NCBI GenBank assembly: GCA_045863335.1
Contig: BTVY01000010.1
Location: 90,188 to 154,187 of the forward strand
Source: Candidatus Hydrogenedentota bacterium
GTDB lineage: Bacteria > Hydrogenedentota > Hydrogenedentia > Hydrogenedentales > SLHB01
Length of the DNA: 64,000 nt
Direction of reading: 5' to 3'
How positions within the stretch are numbered: the stretch's first letter is position 1; every line of letters starts with the position of its first letter. Below, one piece after another: positions 1-8,600 of this stretch. Both the position numbers and the translations under genes were made by a program. The notes under the pieces were generated by a model. The model saw nothing but the letters and a program-made list of their open reading frames with translations. It did not search any database and was not told the origin of the DNA.

Positions 1-534
1 GCCGCCGTCGCAGCCGGTTGTGCCGGCGCGCCGGAACCGCGCTTCTATACCCTCGACATGACCCCTTCCGGGACTGTGGAACCCACGGTTAATGTGGAGG
101 TGGACCGGCTTCGCGCGCAGGATGCGCTGACACGCGTTGACATCCTCGTCAAAAAGTCGCCCACGCAGATCGAGTACTACGCGCTCGACCGATGGGCTGC
201 CAGTCTCAGTGAACTCGTGCCGGAGAAGCTCCGGTCCGAATTGGGCAGCCACGCCAAGGATCGGCCCACCTTCGTGGTGAATGGCGAAATCCTTGCCTTC
301 GAACAAGTGGATCGCGAGTCCGGTGCGGACGCTCACATCAAGCTCGACCTGACTTACCACCAGGAAGGAGAGAGCCGATACGACACACCGCTTTTCCGCA
401 AGCAGTACGAACTTTTTGCCCCTGCCGATTCAGCGCACCCCTCCGCCGTCGTCGAGGCGCTTTCAAAGGGACTTGAGACGATCGCCGCGGAGATCGCACA
501 CGACGCAAGCGCACTCCCGGCCTCGGGCGGCTGA
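1..534 (+). CDS. PqiC-like ABC-transport auxiliary lipoprotein (5' truncated by window)
   Basis: Frame open from base 1: AAVAAGC lipobox then PEPRFYTL; RWAASLSE and C-terminal ALSKGL..IA pattern typical of PqiC/DUF330. Confidence 0.7.
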   Translation, partial: AAVAAGCAGAPEPRFYTLDMTPSGTVEPTVNVEVDRLRAQDALTRVDILVKKSPTQIEYYALDRWAASLSELVPEKLRSELGSHAKDRPTFVVNGEILAFEQVDRESGADAHIKLDLTYHQEGESRYDTPLFRKQYELFAPADSAHPSAVVEALSKGLETIAAEIAHDASALPASGG

Positions 535-594
535 TTCATTGATGGGGCTACCTTGCTGTGATAAGATGGCGCTCCAACCAGCCGAGGGGAAAGT

Positions 595-1233
595 ATGAGC
601 GCGAGTAAGTCCGGCAAGCCGGTGAAAATGGAAATGCGCGCAGGAAGTTCCTGCCTCCTGAATGTCCTCGGCCAATACATTCTCGTAGACCTGCTCGAAG
701 TCGGCGAAGAAACCATTCGCGTGTCCTTTCCCGCGAAGGACTATCCCGTCGTCGGCATGGTCGTCCACCTCGATTTTCACGACGCAGAAGGCTTCGATAG
801 TTACGAGGCCGAAGTGTTGGAAGGGCCCTCGCGGGCCGACTCCGGACTGGTTCTCTCGCGTCCCGCGGAGTCGCGCCGCACGCAACATCGCGACGCGTGC
901 CGGGTACCGACCGACCTGACGGTTCAGGTGAAGGACCAGGTCCACGTGCGCCGTTACGACGCTTCCCTGCTCAACCTGAGCGCGGGCGGCGCTCTTATCG
1001 AGACGGATGCACCCTTCGATTTCAGCACCACGCTCGAATTGACGCTTTCGCTGCCCGGCGAATCGTTGCTCCGCGTCTTGGGTCAGGTCGTACACATTTC
1101 CGACGAATCGAAACGGAAGGAACCGGGGTCACGGCTGTTTGGCGTGCGGTTCGTCTCCTTGGACCCTGAGGCGCGGCAGACCGTTTCACGCTATGCCTGG
1201 TATCGCTTGCGGGAACTTTACCCAGCCCAATAG
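595..1233 (+). CDS. PilZ domain c-di-GMP-binding protein
   Basis: RxxxR (QHRDACR) and NLSAGG motifs, C-terminal GVRF. Confidence 0.85.
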   Translation: MSASKSGKPVKMEMRAGSSCLLNVLGQYILVDLLEVGEETIRVSFPAKDYPVVGMVVHLDFHDAEGFDSYEAEVLEGPSRADSGLVLSRPAESRRTQHRDACRVPTDLTVQVKDQVHVRRYDASLLNLSAGGALIETDAPFDFSTTLELTLSLPGESLLRVLGQVVHISDESKRKEPGSRLFGVRFVSLDPEARQTVSRYAWYRLRELYPAQ

Positions 1234-1376
1234 CCCCTCTCGAATCCATCTCGGTTCAGCAAGCTCGCCACTCTTAAGTCTTTACCGATAGCTATCTTAG
1301 AGTCTTCGCATGCACGATGGGCGAGTTCGTTTATGAAGGTACACGTTATATGGGGGGTGGTTGGTTAAATTAACTA

Positions 1377-1407
1377 TTGACGAGCACTCATCCACAATAT
1401 ATTGTAT
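1377..1407 (+). promoter_or_regulatory. sigma70-like promoter (TTGACG-17-TATTGT) overlapped by an NrdR-box-like palindrome CAATATATTG
   Basis: -35 at 1377-1382, -10 at 1400-1405, palindrome core at 1395-1404. Confidence 0.5.
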
Positions 1408-1447
1408 ATGGTGCGCGCATTAGGCGTTATTTGGAGTAGGTGCTTGC

Positions 1448-3217
1448 GTGTTTTTCGCGACTGAAAAGCAATTCTCGACGGGATTTCCCGCGCTTGGCAG
1501 GTTGGCAATCTGGCTGCTTCTGGTTGTCGTGTCAGGTAGTCTGGCCGCACATACAGAGACCTTGCGTGAAAACGTCGATGATTATTCGATTGCATCGTTC
1601 CGCAACGGCCGGGTCCTCTTTCTGGAATGCCGCCCGCCCGAAGGTGCTGCCGCAGAAGGGTTTCTGAAGCGCTATCTAGCCGAGGACGCGAACTGGGAGA
1701 CGTACGCCGGTAAGGGCGCGGTAGCCATTCCATTCTCCCACCTGAATGCGGAAACACGCCGCAAGGTGCTGCTCGCCGTCTTTCGAGCGGACTACGTCGA
1801 CGACGCCGGGTGGCACCATACCGTCGTGCAAGGTGGCCGGGATCAGGAAACGCTGTGGACGCTCTGCGAATGGCTGACCGGCGTGGGCACGCATCACGAA
1901 AACGTCGCAAAGTTGAACAACCTGCCATCGGGAAATCTGCAAACCGGTCAGCAGATTCTGTTTCCGCGCGAGCTGCTCCTCGAGGTCATGCGCGAACCCA
2001 CCGAGACGCCCCTAGTGGCGGATCTGGAACAGGCCGCGGAAGTGCCGGTCGATCTCGATCTCGCGCAGGCCGCGGAAGATCTCGACTACGTCCGGCGCGG
2101 GTCCTCCCAATACGCGGTCTACCGGTTGAAACCGGGCGAAGCGCTGTATACCGCCGTCGTTGTTCGTTTCACGGACTTCCGCGAGAACGCGGATATCCTG
2201 CGCGCCTGCGACACCGTCCAGGACGAGAGCCGCATCAAAGACGTGCACGACATGAAGCCCGGCACCGAGATATTTATCCCCGTCGACATGTTATCCGACC
2301 GGTTCAAACCGGAAGGCAGCCGGCAGCGCCGGGAGTATGAAGAAACGATCGCGGAAGCAAACCGGCTGCGCGGGCAGGTCACGACCAAAGATCTCGAAGG
2401 CATCGTTGTCATACTCGATCCCGGCCACGGCGGCAAGGACATTGGGACCAGCACAATCAACCACGCCTACACGCTCTATGAAGACGAGGTCAACTATGAC
2501 ATCATGTGCCGCGTCAAGCGGATTCTGGAAACGCAAACCCGCGCGAAGGTTTACGTGACGATGCTCGATCCCAATCAGGGATACGAGCCACAGGACGTGG
2601 AACGCTTTACGCTCGACGAAGACGAAAAGGTGCTGAGCACGCCGAACTACTGGAATGAGAACGCCAAGATATCGGCGAATCTTCGGTGGTACGTGGCCAA
2701 TTCCATCTACAAGAAGGAAACCAAGGCGGGCGTCGATCCGCGCAAGGTCATCTTTACCAGCTTTCACTGCGATGCCCTCTTCAACGACAAGCTTCGCGGG
2801 GCCATGGTGTATCTGCCCGGTGCGGCCTATCGCAAAGATCGGGAAACCGGCTGGCCGCCTGGAGCCTATGACAAGTACGCCGAGTACAAGGAGCAACCCG
2901 AAGCCCGTTCGACGGCCGAAGAGCGCCGGCGAGACGAGGCATTGTCCCGCAACTTCGCCGTGACCTTACTCGACGAACTCGGCAAGGCGCAGATCAAGCG
3001 ACATAACGTGGGCGATCCGATCCGCCGCGTCATCCGGCAGGATGGCGGAAAAGAATACGTGGTCGCCGTGCTCCGCAATACCATGGTGCCTACGAAGGTT
3101 CTCGTAGAATGCGCCAACCTCACCAACCCCACCGACTGCAAATGGGTTTCCCAGCCCTGGTGGCGCGAACGCTTCGCCGAAGCGTATGTGGAAGCGTTGA
3201 AGGCATACTACCGTTAG
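1448..3217 (+). CDS. N-acetylmuramoyl-L-alanine amidase (Amidase_3) with two LysM-like domains
   Basis: Signal peptide; LysM-like ETLWTL...NNL..LQTGQQILFP and LKPGE...MKPGTEIFIP; LDPGHGG, E, SFH and VLVE zinc/catalytic motifs. Confidence 0.85.
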   Translation: MFFATEKQFSTGFPALGRLAIWLLLVVVSGSLAAHTETLRENVDDYSIASFRNGRVLFLECRPPEGAAAEGFLKRYLAEDANWETYAGKGAVAIPFSHLNAETRRKVLLAVFRADYVDDAGWHHTVVQGGRDQETLWTLCEWLTGVGTHHENVAKLNNLPSGNLQTGQQILFPRELLLEVMREPTETPLVADLEQAAEVPVDLDLAQAAEDLDYVRRGSSQYAVYRLKPGEALYTAVVVRFTDFRENADILRACDTVQDESRIKDVHDMKPGTEIFIPVDMLSDRFKPEGSRQRREYEETIAEANRLRGQVTTKDLEGIVVILDPGHGGKDIGTSTINHAYTLYEDEVNYDIMCRVKRILETQTRAKVYVTMLDPNQGYEPQDVERFTLDEDEKVLSTPNYWNENAKISANLRWYVANSIYKKETKAGVDPRKVIFTSFHCDALFNDKLRGAMVYLPGAAYRKDRETGWPPGAYDKYAEYKEQPEARSTAEERRRDEALSRNFAVTLLDELGKAQIKRHNVGDPIRRVIRQDGGKEYVVAVLRNTMVPTKVLVECANLTNPTDCKWVSQPWWRERFAEAYVEALKAYYR

Positions 3218-3350
3218 GCCGGCTGATTCCGCGCACGCCTCGCCTCACCCACGGTAGCTGGGACCGCGTCTGGCAGGATTGATCCTAACGGGTCCGGCAC
3301 CGAAACTACGTCAACTGCATTGGCGTTCTGAGAACAGATAAATCGGAGAC

Positions 3351-3378
3351 GATTTCAAATTTGAGATCTCAGATTTGG
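3351..3378. repeat. Degenerate 7 bp tandem repeat (GATTTCA-like x4)
   Basis: gatttca aatttga gatctca gatttgg in intergenic DNA. Confidence 0.55.
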
Positions 3379-3471
3379 AAAAACGCGATATCAAGGCGCG
3401 GGCCCGGGCCGCTTGATCCGCATGCGATACATACGCCACAGTGGCTGGGGTGACACTCGAAGGATCAGGGA

Positions 3472-4836
3472 ATGCAACAGACGCGACGAGAGTTTCTCGC
3501 AACGACCGCAGCCGCCGCGCTCGGTTCCGTCTCATTGAGCTACGCCGCAGAGTCGGCGAAACGTCGGCCGAATTTCGTCGTCATACTTTGTGACGATCTC
3601 GGATATGGCGATCTCGGGTGCTATGGACATCCAACCATCGAAACGCCCCGCCTTGATCGCTTCGCGGAAGAAGGGCTTCGCCTGACGGATTGCTATGCCA
3701 CGGCGCCGGTGTGTTCGCCGTCGCGCGCGGGCATGCTGACCGGACGCAACCCCTACCGGTGCAACATCCCTGACTGGATTCCCGAGGATTCGCCCATACA
3801 TCTGCAACGCAACGAAATCACCGTTGCAACATTGCTCCGCGACGCAGGTTATCGAACCTGCCATAGTGGCAAATGGCACTGCAACGGAAAGATGGACGGC
3901 TCCCAGCCGACACCCGGTGACCATGGGTTTGATCGCTGGTTTTCCACGCAGAACAATGCCCAACCGAGCCATGCAAATCCCGTGAATTTCATCCGCAATG
4001 GCGAACCGATAGGGCCGATGGAAGGGTATTCGAGCACCTTGATTGTGGACGAAGCAAATGCGTTCCTCGACACGGTGGACGAGGATCCCTTCCTGCTTTT
4101 CGTCTGGTTTCACTCGCCCCATGAGCCGGTTGCTACAGCGCCATCTTTCCAAGAACGCTACGCCGGCGAGCCCGACGAGACGAAACGAATCTACTACGGA
4201 AACGTCACGCAGATGGACCACGAAACGGGCCGCCTCCTGGACGCCCTTGAAGCCCGCGGTTTACGCGACGATACCTTCGTCTTCTTTACCAGCGACAACG
4301 GCCCTGAGACTTTGAACCGTTACCGGGGCGCGGCCCGATCCCATGGGTCGCCGGGAAACCTACGTGGCATGAAGCTGCACATGTACGAAGGCGGCATCCG
4401 CGTGCCCGGGATCGTTCGCTGGCCCGGTCACAGCACCCCGGGCTCGGAGTCCGGGGAGCCCGTCAATGGTACCGACGTATTGCCGACCCTCTGCGGGTTA
4501 GCCGGTGTGTCTTTGCCGGACGACCGCCCGCTCGATGGGGTGGACATGGCGCCGGTACTGCGGGGCGAAGGACTCGATCGCACGCGCCCCTTGTACTGGC
4601 GGTACGACCGGGCCTTGAGCGACGCCAAAGTCGCCCTCCGGGACGGAGATTGGAAGGTCCTCGCGAACGGGGAGTTGGACTCGATTGAGCTTTACAACCT
4701 TCGGGAAGACCCTGAGGAGCGGGAGGACCGTGCACTGTCTGAATCGGAGACGGCTAGTCGCTTAACCGCCAGGCTCCGGGAAATCCACCAGGAAATCTTG
4801 GAGGAGGCGGAAACGCTTGGAGGGGTTCCTGCGTAA
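3472..4836 (+). CDS. Tat-exported S1 (formylglycine-dependent) sulfatase
   Basis: RREFL Tat motif; DDLGYGD, CSPSRAGMLTGR, GKWH, SDNG, YEGGIRVP. Confidence 0.93.
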   Translation: MQQTRREFLATTAAAALGSVSLSYAAESAKRRPNFVVILCDDLGYGDLGCYGHPTIETPRLDRFAEEGLRLTDCYATAPVCSPSRAGMLTGRNPYRCNIPDWIPEDSPIHLQRNEITVATLLRDAGYRTCHSGKWHCNGKMDGSQPTPGDHGFDRWFSTQNNAQPSHANPVNFIRNGEPIGPMEGYSSTLIVDEANAFLDTVDEDPFLLFVWFHSPHEPVATAPSFQERYAGEPDETKRIYYGNVTQMDHETGRLLDALEARGLRDDTFVFFTSDNGPETLNRYRGAARSHGSPGNLRGMKLHMYEGGIRVPGIVRWPGHSTPGSESGEPVNGTDVLPTLCGLAGVSLPDDRPLDGVDMAPVLRGEGLDRTRPLYWRYDRALSDAKVALRDGDWKVLANGELDSIELYNLREDPEEREDRALSESETASRLTARLREIHQEILEEAETLGGVPA

Positions 4837-5037
4837 CTGATTCCGGGACAATGTGTTGAGATACGAGTCTTTCCCTTGCCGTCCGGACGGGGACCACATG
4901 AGCGTTCGCGGCCTCATGCATGTCATGGAACGGACATGATTTCTTGGGCCTCGTGAATATATCGAACGGCGGGGGCCTCGGGGGTATCGCATCGAGCCAA
5001 GAATCTCGTTAACGTTTTGCAGTAGAAGGAAGTGAGC

Positions 5038-5667
5038 ATGGCAAAGGCCTACTCCGAGTCCCAAAGTGCCGATTTCTTGCGCATGTTGGAAAAACATCGG
5101 GACGAGTTCTACCGCTACGCGCTGCGTACGGTTTGGGATTCGAATGTAGCGGAAGACGTTTTCCAGTCGGCGGTGCTCGCGGCGTATGAGAACTACCACA
5201 AGTTCACGCCGGGCACGAATTTTCGCGCTTGGGTCTACCGGATCATCACCAACAAATGCTTTGTGGCGAACCGGGAAACGAGCCGAACCTTCCAGCCATT
5301 GGAAAACGCTGAATTGAATCTTGTAACCGTGGAAGAGAAGCCGGGCTACGGCGACTTGCTTCGGAATCCATCCGAATTTCTGGAGCATTGTGGCGACGAA
5401 GTCCACCGGGCGTTTCGTCGGCTGAGCACCGCCGAGCGGTCGTGTATTTTGCTGCGGTCGGTGGAACGGTTTTCATACCAGGAGATCGCGGAGATTCTGG
5501 AGATGCCGGTCGGGACGGTGATGACGCACCTGTCGCGAGGGCGGGCTAAGCTCCGCAGTGACCTGCTGGATTACGCGCACGAAGAAGGAATCGTTCGAAA
5601 TTATCCCCGGCTGGTCCCCCGCAAGGAGCTGAAGGATGATGGCAACAGAGAGCAAGGGACATTGTGA
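5038..5667 (+). CDS. ECF-family RNA polymerase sigma factor
   Basis: Region 2 AEDVFQ...NFRAWVYRI; region 4 FSYQEIAEILEMPVGTVMTHLSRGR; GTG at 5032 is an alternative start. Confidence 0.92.
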   Translation: MAKAYSESQSADFLRMLEKHRDEFYRYALRTVWDSNVAEDVFQSAVLAAYENYHKFTPGTNFRAWVYRIITNKCFVANRETSRTFQPLENAELNLVTVEEKPGYGDLLRNPSEFLEHCGDEVHRAFRRLSTAERSCILLRSVERFSYQEIAEILEMPVGTVMTHLSRGRAKLRSDLLDYAHEEGIVRNYPRLVPRKELKDDGNREQGTL

Positions 5668-6428
5668 TGAGTACGCAGCAAGATAACCTGTGGTCCGCCT
5701 ATCTGGACGGTGAGTTGTCGGCGTCGGAAGCAGCTGCTTTTGACAGCTCGCTGTCGCCAACCGAGCGAGAGCGATTGCAGGCCGAAGTCCGATTTGAGAC
5801 CGCGATGGGCGAGATTCTGGGGCGGGCAGGCGGCTGTCCGGCGGACGTGTGGGGCCGGACGATTGGTGCGATTTCGACGTCGACGGCACGACCCTCGCGG
5901 GAGACGCCTTGGCGGCAATTCGGCGCGTTGGCTGTCGCCGCAGTGCTGGTGCTGACGGTTGGTTTCGCGGTGTATCGCTCCGTGTTTGCCCTTCCGGTGT
6001 TTCTGGATGGCGATTTGGCTCCCGATGCACTTACCCATTTAGAGATTGCCTCCAGCGACGTCCGCGAAGTGAACGCGTATCTCCATGAACACGGCGTCAC
6101 ACTGACACTGCATCCGTTCGCGAATGGAGACGAGTTCAGCAGGCGGGGTCATCACACCGCTGTTCTGCTTGGCGCGTCGGAGGAAGAGTTCGCCGGTGAC
6201 CAAGTGGCAGAAATTATCTACGAATGTTGTGGCAAACCGATCAAAGTGATAGTCGCTCCCAAGAGCGGCCCCGTGGGGGATGCGGTTCGGAAAGCCATCC
6301 GTATGGACGCCGTTCGCGACTATAGGACTATCGGCGACTATATTGCCGTTTTGGTTGGCAATCACCCGACTCGCGGTCTGCTCGAACTTCTGAGCGACGA
6401 ACCGCCGGAGGTGCTCCAACACGTCTAG
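5667..6428 (+). CDS. Membrane-anchored anti-sigma factor
   Basis: Translationally coupled to the ECF gene (TGATG); N-terminal WSAYLDGELS; one TM helix; His/Cys-rich extracytoplasmic part. Confidence 0.75.
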   Translation: MSTQQDNLWSAYLDGELSASEAAAFDSSLSPTERERLQAEVRFETAMGEILGRAGGCPADVWGRTIGAISTSTARPSRETPWRQFGALAVAAVLVLTVGFAVYRSVFALPVFLDGDLAPDALTHLEIASSDVREVNAYLHEHGVTLTLHPFANGDEFSRRGHHTAVLLGASEEEFAGDQVAEIIYECCGKPIKVIVAPKSGPVGDAVRKAIRMDAVRDYRTIGDYIAVLVGNHPTRGLLELLSDEPPEVLQHV

Positions 6429-6618
6429 TTGCCGGGCACCGGTCTGAGCCACCGGCTACCGGACGCCAGACCCTGCGCATGCGCGTCCGGATCGCGTTAT
6501 ACCTGCCGCATCCGGACACTAGGTTGACTCCGTCAAGGCGGATGTCCATGGTGTATCAGTGGTCTCTGCCACCCTTGGTGTCCCTGGAACTCGTGAAATC
6601 GCAGGAAAACCCTACCCC

Positions 6619-8055
6619 GTGAAACGTACCGACGCTCAGAACGGGTTAGCCTGGCTCGCCGCCGGCGCCTTGGTGCTGGCGACCTGCGCGATCATCACCC
6701 TGTTGAGCCGCGAGTTTGTATACGGCGAATCTCACGCGGAGCGGCCCGTGCTCGCCGTGCTCGCCGCGTACTACCTCGGTTGGATTGGTTTCGCCGCGGC
6801 GGCTTTTTTGGTCTACCGGTCACAGTCAGGTTCGCTGCGGTGGATTCTTACCGTCGGAATCCTTGGCCGGATCATTCTTCTGCCTTCCAATCTCGTATTG
6901 GAGAACGACTGCTACCGCTACGTGCTGGACGGCGAGACAGTAAAGCATGGCGTAAATCCCTATCGTTGGGCGCCTGATGAGGTGGAGGCACGCGCCCCGG
7001 AAGCGTTCCGCCGCGAACTCGCGACGGATCGGGCGCAGCTCGTGTTGTCCCGAGTGGGATATCCCGAGATCCCCACCATCTATCCGCCTCTGGCGCAAGG
7101 GGCCTTTGCGGTCGGAGCCGCGATCGCGCCGTGGAACTGGATGGGTCAACGAATTGTGTTCTTGGCGGTGGATTTTGCGACCCAACTTGTCTTGCTCGGA
7201 TTGCTGCGCGCCATCGGCAGACCATCGGGGTGGGTCGTGCTGTACGCCTGGAACCCGCTCATCCTAAAAGAGATCGCCAATTCTGCTCACGTAGACGCGC
7301 TCGTGGCGTTGTTCCTGGCCGTCTGTCTCTTCGGGCTGCTTGGCGCTGTACAGAGTCGTGGAAGCGCGTCTTGGTCCGCACTTGCTGGCGCCGCATTGGC
7401 CGCCGCCGTTCTCGGCAAATTGTACCCCGCGATCATCGCGCCGGTTTGCTGTCTCTACCTGATCGCTGCCGCTCCCGGATACACCGCGGCATCGAGTTTT
7501 CTGGCGGCGTTCTTCGGGACGTTCGTTTTGGGCTACCTGCCATTTTGGGGAGTGGGATTAGAACAACTGACTGCCGGGCTTCGCATTTATATAAGCGAAT
7601 GGCAACGAAACGCGGGAGCTTTTGCCCTCATGAACGCCATGGTTCCATGGCCCAGAGTCGCCGCCGCGGGCATCGCACTCACGACAATGGCCCTCGCTTC
7701 CATGGCGGCGTTTCGTGCTCGCGGCAATTTCGGCCGGCTGGTCGCTGCGGTGCAATGGACGTATCTTGCGTGGTTTCTGTTTCTTCCAGCGGCCTACCCC
7801 TGGTATGCAATCGGCCTTATTGCGGTATCCGTCGTGCGGCCCCGGCTTTGGGTTGTCGTCCTCAGTGGCGCATTCGGTTTGTACTACCTCCATTTCTGGA
7901 TCGACTATCACGAGTTTCCGGCCACGTGGCACGCCTGGACTGCGCTCATTGAGCACGGTGCGGTGTGGACCAGTTTGGCCGTCGCGACGTGTTGCCGGGC
8001 GTACGGGCGATGTGCGGAGTTGACTCAAAACCGCTGGGCCGACGATGACAGATGA
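6619..8055 (+). CDS. GT-C fold membrane glycosyltransferase (GT87/DUF2029-like)
   Basis: DCYRYVLDG, NPY, PTIYPP, YAWNPL, H.D, YPWY motifs; many TM helices; start uncertain (6559 or 6619). Confidence 0.75.
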   Translation: MKRTDAQNGLAWLAAGALVLATCAIITLLSREFVYGESHAERPVLAVLAAYYLGWIGFAAAAFLVYRSQSGSLRWILTVGILGRIILLPSNLVLENDCYRYVLDGETVKHGVNPYRWAPDEVEARAPEAFRRELATDRAQLVLSRVGYPEIPTIYPPLAQGAFAVGAAIAPWNWMGQRIVFLAVDFATQLVLLGLLRAIGRPSGWVVLYAWNPLILKEIANSAHVDALVALFLAVCLFGLLGAVQSRGSASWSALAGAALAAAVLGKLYPAIIAPVCCLYLIAAAPGYTAASSFLAAFFGTFVLGYLPFWGVGLEQLTAGLRIYISEWQRNAGAFALMNAMVPWPRVAAAGIALTTMALASMAAFRARGNFGRLVAAVQWTYLAWFLFLPAAYPWYAIGLIAVSVVRPRLWVVVLSGAFGLYYLHFWIDYHEFPATWHAWTALIEHGAVWTSLAVATCCRAYGRCAELTQNRWADDDR

Positions 8056-8064
8056 TCTGAGAAA

Positions 8065-8149
8065 TCCATACCAGTGAGCCGGAGTGCATTCTCGGGAGCA
8101 ATATTCCCTACGACTCGCGGTATGGACAGTGAATAGCATGTACTCCGGC
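8065..8149. other. Two crossing long helices (candidate pseudoknot or switch RNA)
   Basis: 8065-8078 pairs with 8114-8126; 8078-8089 pairs with 8138-8149; inner hairpin 8094-8108. Confidence 0.4.
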
Positions 8150-8547
8150 GGTGCGCAATGGGGGATCGGAAGGTGTGCGGGAAGACGACATCAAATTGTC
8201 CAGCCCGCGAATCTATGAGGTGAGAAGGGGTCTTCGGAAAGTTGAACATGCGGCTTGTGAAAGCGACCGCGAAACGGTCTCTTTACAATCCTGATCGGAC
8301 CACTTCTTGGCCCTGGACCCTCCCCTCCCCACCATTCTATACCGGGCCCGCGCCTACCCCGGGCGCGGGCCCCAGGGCCGCTTTGAAACCCGAGCTTGAG
8401 GTTCGACGCAATTGCGATATCAAGATTCCGCCAGGACATTCCATCGTATTTGGCCCTAAGCGGTTGAGGCGAATTCGTTCAGGGGATTGTCGATCTCGAC
8501 CGTGTTGGCCGTCTCGAATGGTTTGACTCGCTCGAACGAAAAGAGAG

Positions 8548-8578
8548 ACGGCCCCATGCGATGCGCGGACGGGGCCGT
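8548..8578 (-). terminator. Probable intrinsic terminator of the aminotransferase gene
   Basis: ACGGCCCC...GGGGCCGT stem followed by CTCTCTTTT on the minus strand, just after the stop at 8601. Confidence 0.55.
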
Positions 8579-8600
8579 TGGACGTTACGGGTGAAACCTG

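Noticed and set aside
1234-1447. Possible oriC in the AT-rich gap
   Set aside because: Only one imperfect DnaA box and no dnaA/dnaN context
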